DNA from: Mytilus trossulus
Taxonomy: Eukaryota
NCBI RefSeq assembly: GCF_036588685.1
Contig: NC_086373.1
Coordinates: 110,918,001 to 110,982,000 of the forward strand
Reading direction: 5' to 3'
DNA: 64,000 nt
The translations under genes and the position numbers were made by a program. The notes under the pieces are model-generated. The model was not told where the DNA came from, ran no database searches, and saw only the letters and a list, made by a program, of their open reading frames with translations. This document shows positions 61,501 to 64,000 of this stretch, piece by piece (position 1 is the stretch's first letter; each line of letters opens with the position of its first letter).

Positions 61501-63613
61501 TTTGATTGTGTTGAATGCTGTAATTGCTGATGAAGGATATTACACGTGTAATGCACAGAATAGTTTTGGCACAGGTACCAGTTTACAGACCTTTCTGGAT
61601 ATTTTTGGAAGTAAGTAAAGCTAATAAGGATGTCTGCATGTCATGTTTTGAAATTTTTGTCAGATTTTAGGAATCCTCTAGTTTTATTCATTTGAATGAC
61701 TTAAAAAATCCCCATGAACCCCCATTTTTTTTTAATTATGTATAATTATAAGTTATTTGTAAAAGTCTTATAATCTTTTATTTATTTTTTAATAGAACTT
61801 TAACTGGTCAATGATAAAGCTATAAAAAATCAAAAGAGAACATTTTCCCGCCAAAATTCCAATGGCTTATATCTCGAAAACAAGTTCATAGACGCCTATA
61901 TTTGTTTGCTTTTTTGATTCCTCAATTTATTCCCTATCAATAAAAACTGGTTTTATGAAAAGTTATTTATTTTGAAAATGAGCAGCGAACATCCTTAAAC
62001 TAACTAACGACAATTTTTCCACGTATTATATTGTTGTCGACCATGTACGTCATCTGGTCTGCTTAGTACCCAACATGACCAATTCCCAAATATAACTGTT
62101 TTGCCGATTGTCAATTCACCTTGCCATTAACGTGCCTTAGAATGTTTGCATAAAAAAGTCTTGTTTTTAGGAAATATATAAAATAACACCAACACAATAA
62201 TCATTTTGGTATTTAGTTCATTAATTTTGTCCTATGACCTCGGCTCACAACAAACATGGCCGACATTGGCGGAAAAAAGAACAGGGGTTAAATGAAGTTT
62301 TTAACTTGACTTTCTAAATTTTAGCATTTAGAGCAAATCTTACCGGAATAAAAATGTGCATACGGTAACTATCCACCATCCCTGAAACTTTTAGACATTT
62401 CAGAAAACATGATATCAGTTTGAATTGCCAATGTTAATGAGATTCATACCTGTTAATTAGAGTGAAATCCAAACTAGAGATAGAAGGCTACAAATACCCG
62501 ACAGCATTATGAATGAGCTTGTCCAAATTAAGGAGCCTGCAGGTTGGTGGTTGTCGATTGTTGTTTTGTATCATATTTGATTTTCTTCAATATTTTGCAC
62601 GGAAATCAGACTTTTAGTTTTCTCGTTTGAATTGTTTTACGTTTGTCATTTCGGGCCTATTATAGCTACCTATGCGGAATAGGTTTTACTCATATCCGAA
62701 TGAGAGCTAACAGTTGTTAATTTCTATGTCAACTGGTCTCTTTGTGGAGAGTTGTCTCAATAGCAATCATACAACATCTATTTCAACGCTCATCCCTCAA
62801 TGAAATAATCTCATGAAGACTCACATTTCGTATCACTGCTGCACAAAAAAGGATGAGAAAACTATATATATCACAATTTTCACGTACAATAAATGTATGA
62901 AATGATCGACAATCGTACGGCACTCGACATTGAAAAACCATACCGCATAGTCGGCTATAAAAGACCTCACCATATAAGATGGGTAACAGTTCAACGGATA
63001 AAACCAACGGCTCAAAACGATTTATGAAAAACAAATGTATAAGTCTTGAACCTTGAACAACAACTTATTTAAGACCACATAATTTAATCAAATTGTGTTT
63101 CACCTATTCTGCATATTTAAACGAATGAAAATTGAATCATTGATCTACACCCTCCCGACTTAAGACAGGTACACAAAGAATTTTTGTCAATTCGATCCGT
63201 TGCAACCAAAGTTTATCCATTCAATGCTGATGCAACTGATATTTTTCTAATCGATTCTGTAATATAACATGTGGTCCTCGTGAAACTATTGTGTGTCTAC
63301 GTATCTGATTTAGGTGTTCCTGTAGTTACAGTACTATCAAACATTTACTCTGTTAATGTGGGAAACTCCATCACATTACAGTGTACTATAAGTGCTAATC
63401 CATCAGCGACAAGTGTCACGTGGCAGCGATACATCAATAATGTAGCAACGAATATTAACATGTCTAGTGGTCGTTACGGCGGAAGTTCTGTAGGGTCACC
63501 TTCTCTGGTCATACGTAATACGGTTTCGTCAGACGAGGGGTTCTATATATGTACAGCTACGAACAGTGTTGGATCTGGACAAAGTCAACAAATATTCTTT
63601 GATGTTATAGGAA
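21660..63613 (+). CDS. Multi-exon Ig-repeat secreted/cell-surface protein (hemicentin/nephrin-like), 3'-incomplete; 15 coding exons, 14 Ig domains
   Basis: Hand-assembled exons 21660-21741, 33913-34191, 34967-35275, 37641-37922, 38256-38567, 39196-39501, 41213-41515, 49070-49375, 51644-51949, 55425-55727, 59230-59535, 59790-60089, 60234-60533, 61308-61610, 63314-63613. All have AG/GT boundaries and phase 1 introns and join into one stop-free frame of ~1430 aa. Each Ig exon has the B-strand and F-strand Cys pair; most also have the C-strand Trp and DxGxYxC/DEAxYxC. Confidence 0.88.
23886..24272 (+). mobile_element. Decayed retrozyme-like unit, 355-nt period, sense to the Ig gene
   Basis: ggtatctatgatgagtttat at 23896 and 24251; hammerhead 24186-24231 with CCGATGA and GACA mutations. 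Confidence 0.75.
26775..27190 (-). mobile_element. Older copy of the SINE at 9844-10269
   Basis: Colinear from ttggttgcttaacg to cccagttaccctt; stops at essentially the same 5' position. Confidence 0.8.
32901..33860. mobile_element. MITE with ~20-bp subterminal tandem repeats
   Basis: tatatatgtaggactttaaagt ... actttagagtcctacatatata; (cg)ctaaagtrcgatgg repeats at the left end, inverted at the right. Confidence 0.8.
33913..34191 (+). CDS. Ig exon 2 (C2-set-like; PDIPIITGP...TLTCTSTGGNPAPTVYW...FECRV)
   Basis: tttgtag| acceptor, |gtatgt donor, 279 nt; GGNPxP motif typical of nephrin-type C2-set domains. Confidence 0.9.
34967..35275 (+). CDS. Ig exon 3 (C2-set-like; EPNQPTLTG...WTCISTGGNPSP...NNGQTLYCDVQH)
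   Basis: cttgtag| acceptor, |gtatgc donor, 309 nt. Confidence 0.9.
35437..35850 (-). mobile_element. Retrozyme-like tandem array, family 1: hammerheads at 35437-35477 and 35776-35821, 343 nt apart
   Basis: Minus strand gcgtca CTGATGA gtctatgtagaa GAAA cgcgcg TC; the second copy is more decayed. Confidence 0.85.
36440..36720 (-). mobile_element. Divergent retrozyme-related unit with degenerate hammerhead
   Basis: Colinear with family 1 (aaaagttgtgccaaata, ggataagaaaat); hammerhead remnant gtcactggtttgtattgtgtggacaaaacgcacgtctg. Confidence 0.55.
37641..37922 (+). CDS. Ig exon 4 (I-set-like; LTCQV...ISWY...DGGQYYC)
   Basis: tttgcag| acceptor, |gtaatt donor, 282 nt. Confidence 0.92.
38256..38567 (+). 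CDS. Ig exon 5 (RIPVVTV...LQCTV...VSW...DIGTYTC)
   Basis: AAG acceptor (ctttccattaaag|), |gtaagt donor, 312 nt. Confidence 0.87.
39196..39501 (+). CDS. Ig exon 6, repeat type A copy 1 (IPTVNIQQSSYNINYGSS...DEAYYVC)
   Basis: Not in the ORF track; ttttcag| acceptor, |gtaaat donor, 306 nt open; paralogous to the exons at 51644 and 59230. Confidence 0.92.
39545..40577 (+). mobile_element. 5'-truncated PLE (Naiad-type): ORF C-terminus plus 3' UTR
   Basis: LVLFLKKFIGRYQDLVDKYSVSTSQIIHDGL matches the family C-terminus; ends in the terminal repeat shared with 20657-20950. Confidence 0.65.
41213..41515 (+). CDS. Ig exon 7, repeat type B copy 1 (LLTVTVPQSSYSVLIGQQVTIPC...DEGTYVC)
   Basis: tttgcag| acceptor, |gtatgt donor, 303 nt. 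Confidence 0.92.
41655..42055 (+). mobile_element. Retrozyme-like unit, family 2, 352-nt period (truncated relative at ~44010-44150)
   Basis: agcgcttcggacgcaatt(a/t)attataaaacgtgttgttttccatttttta at 41655 and 42007. Confidence 0.88.
41979..42020 (+). ncRNA. Minimal type I hammerhead ribozyme, sense to the Ig pre-mRNA
   Basis: gcgttc CTGATGA aggtaaatgca GAAA agcgct TC^ggacgc. Stem I gcgttc/ggacgc, palindromic agcgct, predicted cleavage after C42014; stem II is weak. Confidence 0.8.
45237..46630 (+). pseudogene. Decayed PLE reverse transcriptase and 3' end, interrupted by a repeat (~45641-45900) and a SINE
   Basis: SYEDDFMQEF...KKLSLS*NFTF(fs)YIDVVISL...FPVKLEIKDSTD...YLEIDDEGWL...YDKR; resumes KLKSAL*KFHGRHYELVDNYEISVS at ~45915. 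Confidence 0.8.
46113..46461 (+). mobile_element. tRNA-derived SINE with Deu/Nin-like core
   Basis: A box tggtgtagtgg (46120), B box gttcgattcc (46165), core cggaaggggac...cccgtgtaaagagag...tgcacgttaaa...ttcgaaaaagagcag; near-TSD aagacgg(g/t)t at 46099 and 46462. Confidence 0.85.
49070..49375 (+). CDS. Ig exon 8 (VPIVQVSFLRYQINFGSSIALGC...YWRK...DEANYTC)
   Basis: Not in the ORF track; cttttgtag| acceptor, |gtaagt donor, 306 nt open. Confidence 0.92.
51644..51949 (+). CDS. Ig exon 9, repeat type A copy 2
   Basis: tttcag| acceptor, |gtacgt donor, 306 nt. Confidence 0.92.
52388..53034 (-). mobile_element. Young tRNA-derived element (52596-53034) embedded in (TA)n, plus an inverted partial copy (52388-52498)
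   Basis: Head gagagcccaggtggtcgtgtgttctagc...gggttcgaatcccgg; the two 111-nt arms differ at one base; TA runs at ~52500, ~52585 and ~53035. Confidence 0.8.
53050..54250 (-). mobile_element. Penelope-like retroelement, Neptune-type (RT thumb, Cys linker, GIY-YIG endonuclease), 5'-truncated and frameshifted
   Basis: PFLDILV...DIFSKDTDTHMYL..SNHPKHVKLNIPFNLASRI; KKCTDKRCLTC; SCKSSNVIYSLICSNCEEFYVGETKNELRTRMTLHRQQ...HF...KEELFINILNPGLN. Confidence 0.92.
53093..53131 (-). ncRNA. Hammerhead motif in the PLE pseudo-LTR (cleavage site apparently mutated)
   Basis: ttac CTGAAGA t-ctgc-ggaa-gcag-t GAAA gtac CA gtaa; GNRA-capped stem II, palindromic GTAC, but CA where UH is expected. Confidence 0.65.
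54402..55048. mobile_element. MITE (Kolobok-like AGG termini)
   Basis: aaaggagtaggggcaatt ... aatgtccctactccttt; TSD not clean. Confidence 0.6.
55425..55727 (+). CDS. Ig exon 10, repeat type B copy 2
   Basis: tttttcag| acceptor, |gtatgt donor, 303 nt; 21 differences from exon 7 by hand count (~93% identical). Confidence 0.92.
56893..57465. mobile_element. MITE with TTAA TSD and GG termini (Kolobok-like)
   Basis: ttaa|ggtagattcatggtata ... tatacttgtgatctacc|ttaa. Confidence 0.8.
59230..59535 (+). CDS. Ig exon 11, repeat type A copy 3
   Basis: ttgcag| acceptor, |gtaaat donor, 306 nt. Confidence 0.92.
59790..60089 (+). CDS. Ig exon 12 (IPVVTLPSNVYSV...DEGNYIC)
   Basis: ttttgtcag| acceptor, |gtaaga donor, 300 nt. 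Confidence 0.92.
60234..60533 (+). CDS. Ig exon 13 (IPTVIVGQNLYYG...DEGYYQC)
   Basis: tttttcag| acceptor, |gtaagt donor, 300 nt. Confidence 0.92.
60590..60663. repeat. 36-bp tandem duplication
   Basis: gtagtga(a/t)tcct(a/t)atgtttgagtgtaattttctgtt x2. Confidence 0.85.
60964..61140 (-). mobile_element. Retrozyme/PLE-pLTR-like fragment, family 3, hammerhead at 60982-61025
   Basis: gcatca CTGAAGA taca-tgtac-tgtc GAAA tgcgca TA^tggtgt; palindromic tgcgca. Confidence 0.75.
61308..61610 (+). CDS. Ig exon 14 (RPVVTIPHSQYSV...DEGYYTC)
   Basis: AAG acceptor (accctcaaag|), |gtaagt donor, 303 nt. Confidence 0.88.
61628..61994. mobile_element. MITE (Kolobok-like) 17 nt after the exon 14 donor
   Basis: ataa|ggatgtctgcatgtcat ... 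atgagcagcgaacatcc|ttaa. Confidence 0.65.
63314..63613 (+). CDS. Ig exon 15 (VPVVTVLSNIYSV...DEGFYIC); gene continues beyond the window
   Basis: gatttag| acceptor, |gtaagt donor, 300 nt. Confidence 0.92.
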
Positions 63614-64000
63614 GTAAGTTATAACTTATGTATAATTTGACAATGGAATATTAGCAGTTACTGACATGCAAGCTCCAGAACTCACTAAAATTGATTGAAA
63701 GTTTATGTACTCAAGATACAAAATCAAGCACTATCCCTCATGTTAGTGGTTAAGTATCATACCATCATAACCTATATGAAAATAACTCATAAAATGCCAA
63801 CAAGTGGTTTCAGGATAAACGTGGTTATTTCCGTTGCAAATACATTATGAATCAATATCGATACAAATATATGCCTTCTTTAATGATCTGACAACAGTAT
63901 CGGAGCTGTATCCCTTTGGAAAAATGCTGATTTAAAATTTGGTTATCTTTTGAGGTGAGTGTCGACATTTTTGTGTTATGTAAAGTTATTACAGGTACAA

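Noticed and set aside
248-63034. Most remaining 60-150 aa ORFs in the track
   Set aside because: Low-complexity F/I/L/Y/K-rich translations of AT-rich introns and repeats, or antisense shadows of real exons (e.g. 33878-34099, 38356-38550, 59807-60064)
33913-63613. RAG/RSS-type somatic rearrangement of the Ig exons
   Set aside because: No heptamer-spacer-nonamer seen beside any exon; all have normal splice sites; the heptamer-like TIR element is ~27 kb away and non-coding

Overview
AT-rich eukaryotic genomic DNA. The interspersed repeat families look like a bivalve, probably Mytilus (inferred from repeat recognition, not proven). Most entries in the ORF track are spurious. The one host gene I can support is a large + strand, multi-exon gene for a secreted or cell-surface immunoglobulin-repeat protein (hemicentin/nephrin-like). 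It has a signal-peptide exon at 21660-21741 and 14 one-domain Ig exons from 33913 to 63613. All introns are GT-AG and phase 1, about 1430 aa are encoded here, and the gene runs off the right edge. Two Ig exons (39196, 49070) and the signal exon are missing from the ORF track. Several exons are recent duplicates (order A-B-C-A-B-A). The rest is layered mobile DNA: an intron-containing, decayed Crypton tyrosine-recombinase element; a Neptune-type Penelope-like (PLE) GIY-YIG remnant; RT fragments of a second PLE family; tRNA-derived and non-tRNA SINEs; several MITEs; and tandem LTR-like units. The most unusual component is a set of ~350-nt tandem units, each with a minimal type I hammerhead ribozyme (retrozyme-like). 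At least two of these families also carry a hammerhead-like motif in the opposite polarity, a viroid-like ambisense or anti-ribozyme arrangement. One hammerhead with an intact core lies in sense orientation inside an intron of the Ig gene. All coordinates and identities were read by hand.
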